DNA from: Candidatus Heimdallarchaeota archaeon
Lineage (GTDB): Archaea > Asgardarchaeota > Heimdallarchaeia > JABLTI01
DNA: 32,000 nt
Assembly (NCBI GenBank): GCA_030614005.1
Contig: JAUWKS010000001.1
Coordinates: 90,001 to 122,000 of the forward strand
Reading direction: 5' to 3'
Numbering within the stretch: the first letter of the stretch is position 1; the number at the start of each line of letters is the position of its first letter. The position numbers and the translations under genes were made by a program. Under the pieces are notes generated by a model. The model worked only from the letters and a program-made list of their open reading frames with translations. It did no database searches and was not told the DNA's origin. Shown here piece by piece: positions 1-8,157 of this stretch.

Positions 1-129
1 GAAGGGAATTATTGGTCAGATTTAATTTGGAATGAAGATAGCGAATATCTTATAGATGGTGGAATTGCAATAGATCAATATCCATTATTTGAACAACCAA
101 TAATTGAACCTTGGGAGGATTTAAATTGA
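1..129 (+). CDS. 3' end of a NosD-like / parallel beta-helix protein (partial, runs off window start)
   Basis: Frame 1 reads EGNYWSDLIWNEDSEYLIDGGIAIDQYPLFEQPIIEPWEDLN* (TGA 127-129). This closely matches the C-terminus of 507..1769 (EGNYWSDLIWNEDSIYQIDGGNATDQYPLFEPPIMESWERLH*). Confidence 0.9.
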   Translation, partial: EGNYWSDLIWNEDSEYLIDGGIAIDQYPLFEQPIIEPWEDLN

Positions 130-461
130 ATTTTTGGTTAATTGCTTGCATTAATTTACTCGGAATATCAGCTATTGTTGGATTAACCTATCTAATGATA
201 TGGCTAATATCAAAACGAAAAGAATCATTCAAGTTACAACCAAATGGAATGTTACTTGGAGCATTAATTTCATTTTCTGTTTCGCTAGCAACTATTACAA
301 CGGGAATTACTTCAGCTATACCAGCAGATTTCCTATGGAAACTTGTAATAATAATAAGTTGTTTATTAATAGCTTCAACAACTACAGTAGTATTTATTAT
401 CTTACTTGCCTTTTACATCAATTCAATAGCTGTTAATGAAAATAATGTACAAGTTTTTTGA
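126..461 (+). CDS. Small 3-TM membrane protein, copy 1
   Basis: ORF track gives 111..461. The in-frame TTG at 126 overlaps the upstream TGA (TTGA), lies about 8 nt after GGAGG, and is conserved in the paralog, so it is the preferred start. Three hydrophobic segments; paralog of 1766..2128. Confidence 0.8.
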   Translation: MNFWLIACINLLGISAIVGLTYLMIWLISKRKESFKLQPNGMLLGALISFSVSLATITTGITSAIPADFLWKLVIIISCLLIASTTTVVFIILLAFYINSIAVNENNVQVF

Positions 462-506
462 ACAAGAAAAAAAATTGAAAGATGCTATCAAAGGAGTAGG
501 AGAAAA

Positions 507-1769
507 ATGGGAAAGCTAAAAAGAAATACGAAAATATCATTGGCAGTTCTTTTTCTAGCGCCAATAATCCTATCAACAATCGGATTGTCGGTTTATGGTG
601 TTTTGGATAAAGTATTGTATCAAAGGTCTTTATTTGCTCAAGGTGAGATTGTCATTCTAAATGATGGAGATTTTTCCAAAAGATATTCTTTTCCAGGTTC
701 GGGAACTGCTGAAGATCCATATCTAATTGAGAATTATTGCCTTGATGACCCGGATACAACTGCAATCGTTATTAGAGGAACAACAAAACATTTCGTTATT
801 AGAAATTGCTCGATTAAAAAACATGGACAACCGATATTTATTTCTAATATAGGATTTAATACTGGGACAGTAATTAACAATACCTTCTTTGAAGATATGA
901 CATTAGATAAAGAGGTAAAATTCAAAGACTCTCGAGAGAATGATAGGAACTGGTTTGTCCATAATTGTGTTTTACCATTCGAAGATGGGTTTACTTTTAT
1001 TATTAATGCACCAGGAATAAGAATTGAGAATAATCATTTTCGATGTAGTCTAGAAGGAACTGAATATGGAAGAACGGGTTTAAGTGTACTGTCTTCAGAT
1101 TATTCTGTTATTAATAATAATACTTTCTCATTTTTTTATAGAGGTATAAATCTACTCGAATCTCTTTATTTGACTGTAGTAAATAATTTCTGCTACAATA
1201 ATTCAGATGGTATATTTATTGATGAAATTGAAGAATCTCTTATAATGAATAATAAATGTACTAAAAACGGAGTAGGGTTGGTAGCTTTGTATTGCGAAAA
1301 AGTGCTTTTTATTACAAATAATCTTAGTTATAATAGACACTGTGGTCTTAACTTGATTAGACGAGTCATCTCATGTCAAATCAGAGGTAATCTCATTGAG
1401 GGAAATGGAAGATACGGACTTTATTGTGATGCTATTAACAGTAATATTACTTACAATTACTTTAGTTCAAATAGTAACTATGCAATTATAACTAGTGAAT
1501 ATAACGCTAATGGGAATTATATTCATCACAATGCTTTCATTGATAATAATTATGAAAGTTTATTACTTGGAAAAAAACAAGCATATGATAATCCATATGA
1601 GGATAACTATCAAAACTACTGGTGTGATGATTATTCAAAAGAAGGGAATTATTGGTCAGATTTAATTTGGAATGAAGATAGTATATATCAAATAGATGGC
1701 GGGAATGCTACAGATCAATATCCATTATTTGAGCCACCAATAATGGAATCTTGGGAGAGATTACATTGA
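507..1769 (+). CDS. Secreted or N-anchored right-handed parallel beta-helix (NosD/CASH, pectin-lyase-like) protein
   Basis: N-terminal basic plus hydrophobic segment; GSGTAEDPYLIEN motif; Asn-rich ~22-aa coils (INNNTF, VVNNFC, IMNNKC, ITNNLS, IRGNLI, ITYNYF, IHHNAF); C-terminal GNYWSD...DQYPL. AGGAG upstream of the ATG. Confidence 0.85.
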   Translation: MGKLKRNTKISLAVLFLAPIILSTIGLSVYGVLDKVLYQRSLFAQGEIVILNDGDFSKRYSFPGSGTAEDPYLIENYCLDDPDTTAIVIRGTTKHFVIRNCSIKKHGQPIFISNIGFNTGTVINNTFFEDMTLDKEVKFKDSRENDRNWFVHNCVLPFEDGFTFIINAPGIRIENNHFRCSLEGTEYGRTGLSVLSSDYSVINNNTFSFFYRGINLLESLYLTVVNNFCYNNSDGIFIDEIEESLIMNNKCTKNGVGLVALYCEKVLFITNNLSYNRHCGLNLIRRVISCQIRGNLIEGNGRYGLYCDAINSNITYNYFSSNSNYAIITSEYNANGNYIHHNAFIDNNYESLLLGKKQAYDNPYEDNYQNYWCDDYSKEGNYWSDLIWNEDSIYQIDGGNATDQYPLFEPPIMESWERLH

Positions 1770-2128
1770 ACTATTGGCTTGTAGCTTGCATTAATCTATT
1801 TGGAATAGCGGGTATTGTTGGACTAACCTATCTAATGATATGGCTCTTTTCAAAACGAAAAGACTCATTCAACATACACCCAAATGGATTGTTACTTGGG
1901 GCTTTAATTTCATTTTCTATTTCATTAGCAACTATTACAACGGGTATTACTTTGGCTATTCCTGTAGATATTATTGAGAAAATTGTTATTACAGTAATAT
2001 GCATAATGATATTTGTAGTTCCTGCAGTATCATTTCTTGTTTGTATTGTTTTTTACAAAAATTCAATTACAGTTGATGAAAATTCAGCTAAGTTATATGA
2101 ACAAGAAAGTATCAAAGAAAGCTATTAG
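1766..2128 (+). CDS. Small 3-TM membrane protein, copy 2
   Basis: ORF track gives 1751..2128. TTG at 1766 overlaps the stop TGA at 1767-1769 exactly as in copy 1. MNYWLVACINLFG versus MNFWLIACINLLG. Confidence 0.8.
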   Translation: MNYWLVACINLFGIAGIVGLTYLMIWLFSKRKDSFNIHPNGLLLGALISFSISLATITTGITLAIPVDIIEKIVITVICIMIFVVPAVSFLVCIVFYKNSITVDENSAKLYEQESIKESY

Positions 2129-2285
2129 AGATTTTTTTCAAATCACAAACATTATGCTCGTCATTAACTTGGAATCAGCTGAGGCAAAATAGCTATGAAA
2201 CAAATGTAAAAATAATATAACCAGAGTTAAACAAAACTCCCAAACCTTTTTAATTGGCAAAAATAACTACCTTTTTGTGAGAAAA

Positions 2286-2786
2286 ATGAAGAAATTTACA
2301 AAAGTTCTCTTAGTATCTTTCTTAATGTTATTTGCAGTTTTACCAATTAGTACTGTAATTGGGGAACTATATGTAACAGATAATGAAATAACAGTGATAA
2401 TAAACATTACAGACGCATACTATACAGCTTTGGACAACGACGGCATAGAAAACGATATTGTTGCGAACTTCGACATGACTATTTTCAAAAATGACAGAAA
2501 ATATTCCAATGAACGAATAAAATTCGATCTCTATGTAGAGCTAATTTTACCTTCTGGACTAAACTATATTTACGGCTATCGAGTGAGCTGTAAACGATGT
2601 GTGAGTGTTTCACCGGTCATTTACCTTTACAATCACGCAACAGAACCAGGATGGTATACAATCGTTTTAACATGTGTTCTAGCAGATAGAGGACTCGTTA
2701 CTGGAATGGGATCAGAATACTTAGTATTTGATCCACCTGGCGGAACACCTGGAACAGAACCAGGTTCATGTATAATCATTGTTTAA
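2286..2786 (+). CDS. Secreted hypothetical protein, probably a single beta-sandwich domain
   Basis: ORF track starts at GTG 2277; ATG 2286 gives a classical signal peptide MKKFTKVLLVSFLMLFAVLPISTVIG. Beta-strand-rich body with a LDNDGIEND acidic loop and a PPGGTPGTEPG tail. Confidence 0.75.
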   Translation: MKKFTKVLLVSFLMLFAVLPISTVIGELYVTDNEITVIINITDAYYTALDNDGIENDIVANFDMTIFKNDRKYSNERIKFDLYVELILPSGLNYIYGYRVSCKRCVSVSPVIYLYNHATEPGWYTIVLTCVLADRGLVTGMGSEYLVFDPPGGTPGTEPGSCIIIV

Positions 2787-2844
2787 AAGAGAAAAATGCA
2801 ACGGAGAAATCTGTGCATTTTAATTTCATTGAGAAGGTATGTAA

Positions 2845-3933
2845 TTGAGTTTAAAATATGAAGACTTTGCCATAATGTTGGCTTTGGAATCAGACCCATT
2901 TATGCCGATGACAGAACTAGCAGAAACACTAGGTGTCACTAGGATTACTGCTAAAAAAAGAGTAGATGATTTGAAAAGTAGAGGGATTATCAAACCATCT
3001 ATTGCAATCTATAACAACAATGCATTGGGTTTGAACCGCATCAATATTTACGCTAAAGTTTCTACAAATGAAAAACTTGCACTATTAGAAAAAGCATGCG
3101 ATGAACATCCATATACTTACTATCGTGTAAGAGCATTTGGTGGAGGGTTTGGACTATTTATGCAATTCAATATTCCATCAAAATCAAATACATTATTGCA
3201 AGGATTCATTGAAAAGCTACGAAAAGAAGGAATAATAGAAAAATACGAATGGTTAGAAAGTAACCAACATAATGTTGAATCATACTCGAACTTGTCCCGT
3301 TTTAACAGTGAATTTTCACATTGGGAATTTTCTTGGGAAGATTGGTTTAAACAGTTACGAAAACCAAAAGCTACCTCTCCGAAGATCGATAATCCAAAAG
3401 TAGATTATTCTACATTTAACCCAAGTCATTTCAAAATTCTTAGATTATTAACAGCAGATGGTTCTTTAAAACAAACGGATATCAAAGTGAAACTAAATCT
3501 TAGCAGAACCCAAGCACACAGGGAATTCAATTATGTAATGGATAATTATATCGAAAAAATTCGATTTATGTATGATCGTGAAATATTTGATTTGAATGAA
3601 ACGTATCTTGCAATTGGTAAAGAAGTTGAACAAAATTTTTCAAATCAATTATTCAATACAATAGTATCCAACCCCCCACCATTTAGATTAGCATTAGATA
3701 TTAGTGATGATAACAAAATACTTCTTTGGGCTAATATGACACATTCTCAGGCATCAGGTTTCGCCTTTTCGATTTGGCATGAAATACCTTCAGCTAAAAT
3801 ATACGTTCTTGATACAAAAAACTCTATGATGTATTGGTTCTATCCAGAGAATTTTGATTTTGATTCTATGTCCTGGAAAACATCTAAGGATTATATGATA
3901 AATAAGCCCCTTGAACGTCTCAATAAAAAATAG
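2845..3933 (+). CDS. Lrp/AsnC-family transcription regulator with two tandem wHTH + ligand-binding modules
   Basis: HTH1 ALESDPFMPMTELAETLGVTRITAKKRVDDLKSRGII; HTH2 FKILRLLTADGSLKQTDIKVKLNLSRTQAHREFNYV; about twice the length of a normal Lrp. TTG start with AAGGT upstream. Confidence 0.8.
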   Translation: MSLKYEDFAIMLALESDPFMPMTELAETLGVTRITAKKRVDDLKSRGIIKPSIAIYNNNALGLNRINIYAKVSTNEKLALLEKACDEHPYTYYRVRAFGGGFGLFMQFNIPSKSNTLLQGFIEKLRKEGIIEKYEWLESNQHNVESYSNLSRFNSEFSHWEFSWEDWFKQLRKPKATSPKIDNPKVDYSTFNPSHFKILRLLTADGSLKQTDIKVKLNLSRTQAHREFNYVMDNYIEKIRFMYDREIFDLNETYLAIGKEVEQNFSNQLFNTIVSNPPPFRLALDISDDNKILLWANMTHSQASGFAFSIWHEIPSAKIYVLDTKNSMMYWFYPENFDFDSMSWKTSKDYMINKPLERLNKK

Positions 3934-4001
3934 TTTAAGAAATTCATTTTTTTCTATCAAAACACTACTTTTCTCAACAAATAGAATTTGGAACTGATGT
4001 T

Positions 4002-4017
4002 AAAAATACTTATAAAG
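4002..4017 (+). promoter_or_regulatory. Candidate archaeal BRE/TATA box for the caspase-family gene
   Basis: AAAAATAC followed by TTATAAAG (4010-4017) about 70 nt upstream of ATG 4089; GGAG RBS at 4075-4078. In AT-rich DNA this could be chance. Confidence 0.35.
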
Positions 4018-4088
4018 TAATTAACATATGTTCCATTTGTACCTTTGAATCATTTAAGATTCTTGGACTATATTGGAGAAGTTATAAA

Positions 4089-5408
4089 ATGAAAAAAACA
4101 AAGTTATTCGCAATTCTTATTGTATCAATATTTATTGGTACAAGTTTTGTAGTTTTTGCTCCCAATATTTCTATGACTAAAGCTGTAGCAAGAGCAACAA
4201 CACCAAGGGCTTTAATTACAAGCCCCACAGACGGTGATACAGTTTCTGGTACAGTTACAATTACAACTACTTCTGCGGCCGATATATTCATTGACGGTGT
4301 TAAAAAAGTTAAAAAGAGTACTAGCTACTCATGGGATACCACAAGTTATGCTGATGGTGTTCATGAAATCAGAGCCAAATATAGACGTACAAATGAAATT
4401 ATCCACGTCACAGTTAACAACGATGGTGAAGATACTACACCACCAACAATTAGTATTGGTTATCCAGGAGATGGTTCCACAATAGCCACTACTGATGTTA
4501 CTGTTACATGGAGCGGTTCAGATTCCGGCAGTGGAATTGACTTCTACGAAATTCAACTTGACGGTGGTGCATGGACGAACAAAGGAACAAGCACAAGCCA
4601 CACTTATACAGGATTAGCAGAGACAACTCATACAGTTAATGTTCGCGCATGGGATGTTGCTGGAAATGATGCTACCGATACAGTTACCTTTACTGTTGAC
4701 ACTTCAGTAACACCAGCTACAAAATATGCAGTACTAGCAGGTATTTCTAATTACAAAGCAATTAGCGATCTTTCTTACTGTGATGAGGACGTTAACGATT
4801 GGTATAATTACTTACTTTCTGTTGGCTATGAGTCCGAAAACATCATTGTTTTAGGTGACCACACAAGTCAATATGACAAGTATGATGGTTTAGCTACGGA
4901 ATACAACATTAAATTCCATGTAAATTGGTTGATCAACCTTGATTGTGATGAGATCCTATTTATTTCCTCAGGCCACGGCGGAGGAGATGGAAACGGCAAT
5001 TCATTCAATTGCGCATGGGACTATGGATCTGGTGAGAACGGCGAAGACGGGTCAATAGAAGATTACGAATACGAAGCTATGTTTAGTGGAGCCCTTGCTT
5101 CAAAAATATTTGTTTTCATGGATCACTGCTATTCAGGTGGTTTAATACCAGAATTCTTTGCTGCTTGCGGAAATGCACTTTACATTACTACTACATGCAC
5201 TGAAGACGGATATGGCTGGGATGTCAGAACTTATGAAAATGGCGCTTGGACATATTTCTTCTTAGAATACTCTTTAATCAACCACTTCGGTTCAAATCCT
5301 GATACCGCTATGGAAGATGCCTTTGCTTATGCAGCAGCAGATTATCCATACGGTGGTGGAGACACTCCTCAAGAGGGTGACTACTACGCAGGTCCATTTA
5401 CACTTTAG
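4089..5408 (+). CDS. Secreted caspase-family (clan CD, metacaspase/orthocaspase-like) protease with two N-terminal Ig-like domains
   Basis: Signal peptide; Ig-like domain 1 (LITSPTDGDTVSGTV...YSWDTT..DG.HEI) and domain 2 (DTTPPTISI...RAWDVAGN...VTFTVD). Protease domain KYAVLAGISNY..LSYCDED, SGHG (His codon 4974-4976), FMDHCYSGG (Cys codon 5127-5129), GAWTYF. Confidence 0.88.
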   Translation: MKKTKLFAILIVSIFIGTSFVVFAPNISMTKAVARATTPRALITSPTDGDTVSGTVTITTTSAADIFIDGVKKVKKSTSYSWDTTSYADGVHEIRAKYRRTNEIIHVTVNNDGEDTTPPTISIGYPGDGSTIATTDVTVTWSGSDSGSGIDFYEIQLDGGAWTNKGTSTSHTYTGLAETTHTVNVRAWDVAGNDATDTVTFTVDTSVTPATKYAVLAGISNYKAISDLSYCDEDVNDWYNYLLSVGYESENIIVLGDHTSQYDKYDGLATEYNIKFHVNWLINLDCDEILFISSGHGGGDGNGNSFNCAWDYGSGENGEDGSIEDYEYEAMFSGALASKIFVFMDHCYSGGLIPEFFAACGNALYITTTCTEDGYGWDVRTYENGAWTYFFLEYSLINHFGSNPDTAMEDAFAYAAADYPYGGGDTPQEGDYYAGPFTL

Positions 5409-5432
5409 ACTACAACGAATTAACTCACTTAA

Positions 5433-5472
5433 AATAGGTTAGCTTTTTGCTACCTATTACTCTCTTTTTTTT
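5433..5472 (+). terminator. Hairpin plus T-tract terminator-like element
   Basis: aatagg-t-tagc / ttttt loop / gcta-cctatt (5433-5458), followed by a T8 run at 5465-5472, just after the stop at 5408. Confidence 0.6.
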
Positions 5473-5577
5473 ATAAAATTCTTTCTAATTTCCAATTTTT
5501 GCTCTACAGACCAACAATCTTACTGCACTAAACAATAGCTTTTTTTAATCCTTAATCAAATAATAAAGTCGGTTACC

Positions 5578-6393
5578 ATGTTTACGGTTGGCGAATATAC
5601 GAAGGGTGACTTTCCAAAAAATAGAGAAATAATGATTGACGCATTAGATGTATCAAAATACTATAATCACATAGTTGGACTATTTGATCTCGATGTTACT
5701 GAAGCTATGCTAGTCTTTGATGCTCAAAAAAAGAAAGGCAAACCATTATCCTTTACAACTTGGATAATGAAATGCATCGCTCAAGCTGTTTCTGAACATA
5801 AATTCATCCAAACTATGAGAAAAGGTAAGAAAAAGCTAATTACCTTTGAAGATGTTGATATTAAGTGTATGGTTGAAAAAGAAGACGCTACTGGAAATAA
5901 AATTCCTATCCATCACATTATCCGTAAAGCAAATGAAAAAAGTTTTCTAGAAATCCAAGAAGAAATTCGAGTTGCTCAGAAATATAGGGAAGAGCGACGT
6001 AAAGGTGAAAAACCAATTAAAAAGAGACAAGCAAACATAATGTCTTTTCCAAAATTCATACGCAATATTATTTGGCACACAGTTATGACTAATCCTTTCA
6101 AAGTGAAAAAACATCTTGGTACTATTGGTGTCTCTGCTTTAGGAATGTACGGGAAGGGTATGCGTGGTTGGGCTATTCCAAAAACCCCTCATTCAACTCA
6201 GTTCCTTTTAGGATCAGTTTTAAAATTGCCAGTTGTTACTGCTAATGATAAAATCGTTATACGTAAGGTTCTCAATGTGACTGTTAGCTTTAATCATGAT
6301 ATTGTTGATGGTGGGCCTGCAGTTAGATTTGTTGCGAGACTTCAAGAATTAACAAATGAAGCATTTCAGCTACAAGATTTTATGAAGGAATAA
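5578..6393 (+). CDS. Stand-alone 2-oxoacid dehydrogenase E2-type (CAT-fold) acyltransferase catalytic domain
   Basis: DLDVT, LSFTTWIMKCIAQA, GTIGVSALG and the catalytic HxxxDG motif (FNHDIVDGG, His codon 6295-6297). No lipoyl or E3-binding domain. Confidence 0.85.
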   Translation: MFTVGEYTKGDFPKNREIMIDALDVSKYYNHIVGLFDLDVTEAMLVFDAQKKKGKPLSFTTWIMKCIAQAVSEHKFIQTMRKGKKKLITFEDVDIKCMVEKEDATGNKIPIHHIIRKANEKSFLEIQEEIRVAQKYREERRKGEKPIKKRQANIMSFPKFIRNIIWHTVMTNPFKVKKHLGTIGVSALGMYGKGMRGWAIPKTPHSTQFLLGSVLKLPVVTANDKIVIRKVLNVTVSFNHDIVDGGPAVRFVARLQELTNEAFQLQDFMKE

Positions 6394-6449
6394 TCCAGTT
6401 ATTATTCCTCGATTATTTTTTCTTCTACAGTTAAAAAGTTCAAATCATT

Positions 6450-8030
6450 TTAAAAATAGACATTTTCATCTTGTGTATACTCTGTTTTTTTGTAACGTTT
6501 TTTAGCAAAGAATGTAAAGGGAAGTGAAAATGTTAACATAAATGCTACTAATAAAAACATCGAATAAAAGTGATTCACTCCAGGATACCAATTTACAATA
6601 TCAAAATTATCTAAAATAGAAACCACAGACAAACCACAATAAACTAAGCCAATGAGAGATAAGATTGTTGATACAAGATACAATTTGACTTTTCTATTCC
6701 ACTGCGTTTTTCCTGGAGTAATTTTATTCATTCTAAGTAATCCCCTAACAGTTGGTATAAATAGTATTGGAGCAACAAATGAACTGAATAGTAAATAAAG
6801 CATTATTTGCAAGAAGTTTAATTTGTAAGTGCTATTTTTAATAGAATAAATGCTTGTTGCGGTAATCATTATACAATAAACACCAAAAATTAGTAACGGT
6901 ACTATTAACATTGCAATATCATCTAAGTAAAGTGCCCTAAAAATGGGAACTTGTAATCCATAGATTATGGCGTAAATCACTCCTACCAAATATAACGAAG
7001 ATAATACAAGTGTTAATGTTGAGGAAATATAAAGATCGATTTTTTGGTTTAACTTTAGTTTGCTTTTTAGGAAATCTTTCCAATGATCAATAACTGCACC
7101 TATTTGTCCTGTTGTCCATCTGTACATCTGGGACATTTTATGATCAAAAGTATCTGTAGCTAAAGTTGTGACACCTAGCTCTTCCAACCAACAACCATAA
7201 TGACCTTCTTTTAGTAAATTAATTGTATGATCATAGTCTTCAGATAATTTTCCTTCAGGTAGCGGATAAGAGTATTCTTTTCTAAAACAGGCATTACATC
7301 CATGGAAGAGTACATTATTAATTCTCATTTTTCCACTTTGCGCACAAGCTAATTGATAATAGGAAATCATTTCCCAAGTATGCAAGAGATTCTTAACTTC
7401 ACGAAAATCGAATTTGGCTTGAACAAAAGCATATTGAGAATTCTGCTCTAATATGGCAACAAATTTATCTAAAATTTTTGGTTTAGGGATTTGATCAACA
7501 TCAAATATTGCTATATATTTCGCATCTACTTGATCTATTACTTTATTTAAAATTCCAGCTTTAAATGAACGTTCATCATCATAAAAGTAGTTGACTTTCA
7601 TTGCTTTTGCTAATTTCTGATAATCCGCAGCATATTTTTCATCTGAATTATCATCTCCAACCCAGATTTCGTAATTTGGATAAGTCTGTTTTACAAAACC
7701 TTCTAGAGTATCCTTTAATATTTTTGGATGAGCATTTCTCACAGGAATCAATACAGCGACTTTTGGAAAATCGGTCAATTTTTCAAGGCTATATTCTACT
7801 TTGTTTACTTGAAGGATACCATCTATCAATTGTACCATAAAATAAATAACATAAAATGGTCCGACCATCTCGAATATTAAAACTAGTACATTTAACAGTA
7901 ATCCCCACCATTCCAACTGATTGCTATTGATTACCAGAGCAGCAACTGACGTTCCAAAATATCCAAGAAATAAAAGTAAGAATAGTGAACCCACTAAGTG
8001 ATTAAGCACAATCCAGATTTTCTTTGCCAT
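6450..8030 (-). CDS. Polytopic GT2 glycosyltransferase, cellulose-synthase/BcsA-like catalytic core
   Basis: 2 N-terminal TMs; VAVLIPVRN, GDDNSD, KAGILN, IFDVDQ, FVQA, SED and QMYRW (D,D,D,QxxRW signature); about 5 C-terminal TMs. Confidence 0.9.
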   Translation of the reverse strand: MAKKIWIVLNHLVGSLFLLLFLGYFGTSVAALVINSNQLEWWGLLLNVLVLIFEMVGPFYVIYFMVQLIDGILQVNKVEYSLEKLTDFPKVAVLIPVRNAHPKILKDTLEGFVKQTYPNYEIWVGDDNSDEKYAADYQKLAKAMKVNYFYDDERSFKAGILNKVIDQVDAKYIAIFDVDQIPKPKILDKFVAILEQNSQYAFVQAKFDFREVKNLLHTWEMISYYQLACAQSGKMRINNVLFHGCNACFRKEYSYPLPEGKLSEDYDHTINLLKEGHYGCWLEELGVTTLATDTFDHKMSQMYRWTTGQIGAVIDHWKDFLKSKLKLNQKIDLYISSTLTLVLSSLYLVGVIYAIIYGLQVPIFRALYLDDIAMLIVPLLIFGVYCIMITATSIYSIKNSTYKLNFLQIMLYLLFSSFVAPILFIPTVRGLLRMNKITPGKTQWNRKVKLYLVSTILSLIGLVYCGLSVVSILDNFDIVNWYPGVNHFYSMFLLVAFMLTFSLPFTFFAKKRYKKTEYTQDENVYF

Positions 8031-8157
8031 GATAATTAAATCCCAAATACCTTATAGTAAATAAGATTGATACATTATAAATAGTAATCTCATTACTTTA
8101 ATTTGGACCCTATCAAAAAACAGAATACTTATTTTTGAGTAATGAAAAACGATGATT

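Larger units (their letters stand above)
1..2110 (+). repeat. Tandem gene-cassette duplication with a 1640-bp period (1..~470 similar to 1641..~2110)
   Basis: Positions 1-41 are identical to 1641-1681. Further shared blocks include taacctatctaatgatatggct, tagcaactattacaacggg and tgaacaagaaa. Confidence 0.9.

Noticed and set aside
200-925. Track ORFs 200..436 (+) and 734..925 (-)
   Set aside because: Alternative-frame or antisense shadows of better-supported genes, with no protein-like motifs.
507-1769. nosD of a nitrous-oxide reductase cluster
   Set aside because: No nosZ/F/Y/L genes nearby; the similarity is only to the generic beta-helix fold.
1-2110. Diversity-generating retroelement TR/VR pair
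   Set aside because: Differences between copies are not adenine-specific, both copies are coding, and no reverse transcriptase is in the window.
5578-6393. Pyruvate or 2-oxoglutarate dehydrogenase E2 subunit
   Set aside because: No lipoyl domain and no E1/E3 neighbours.
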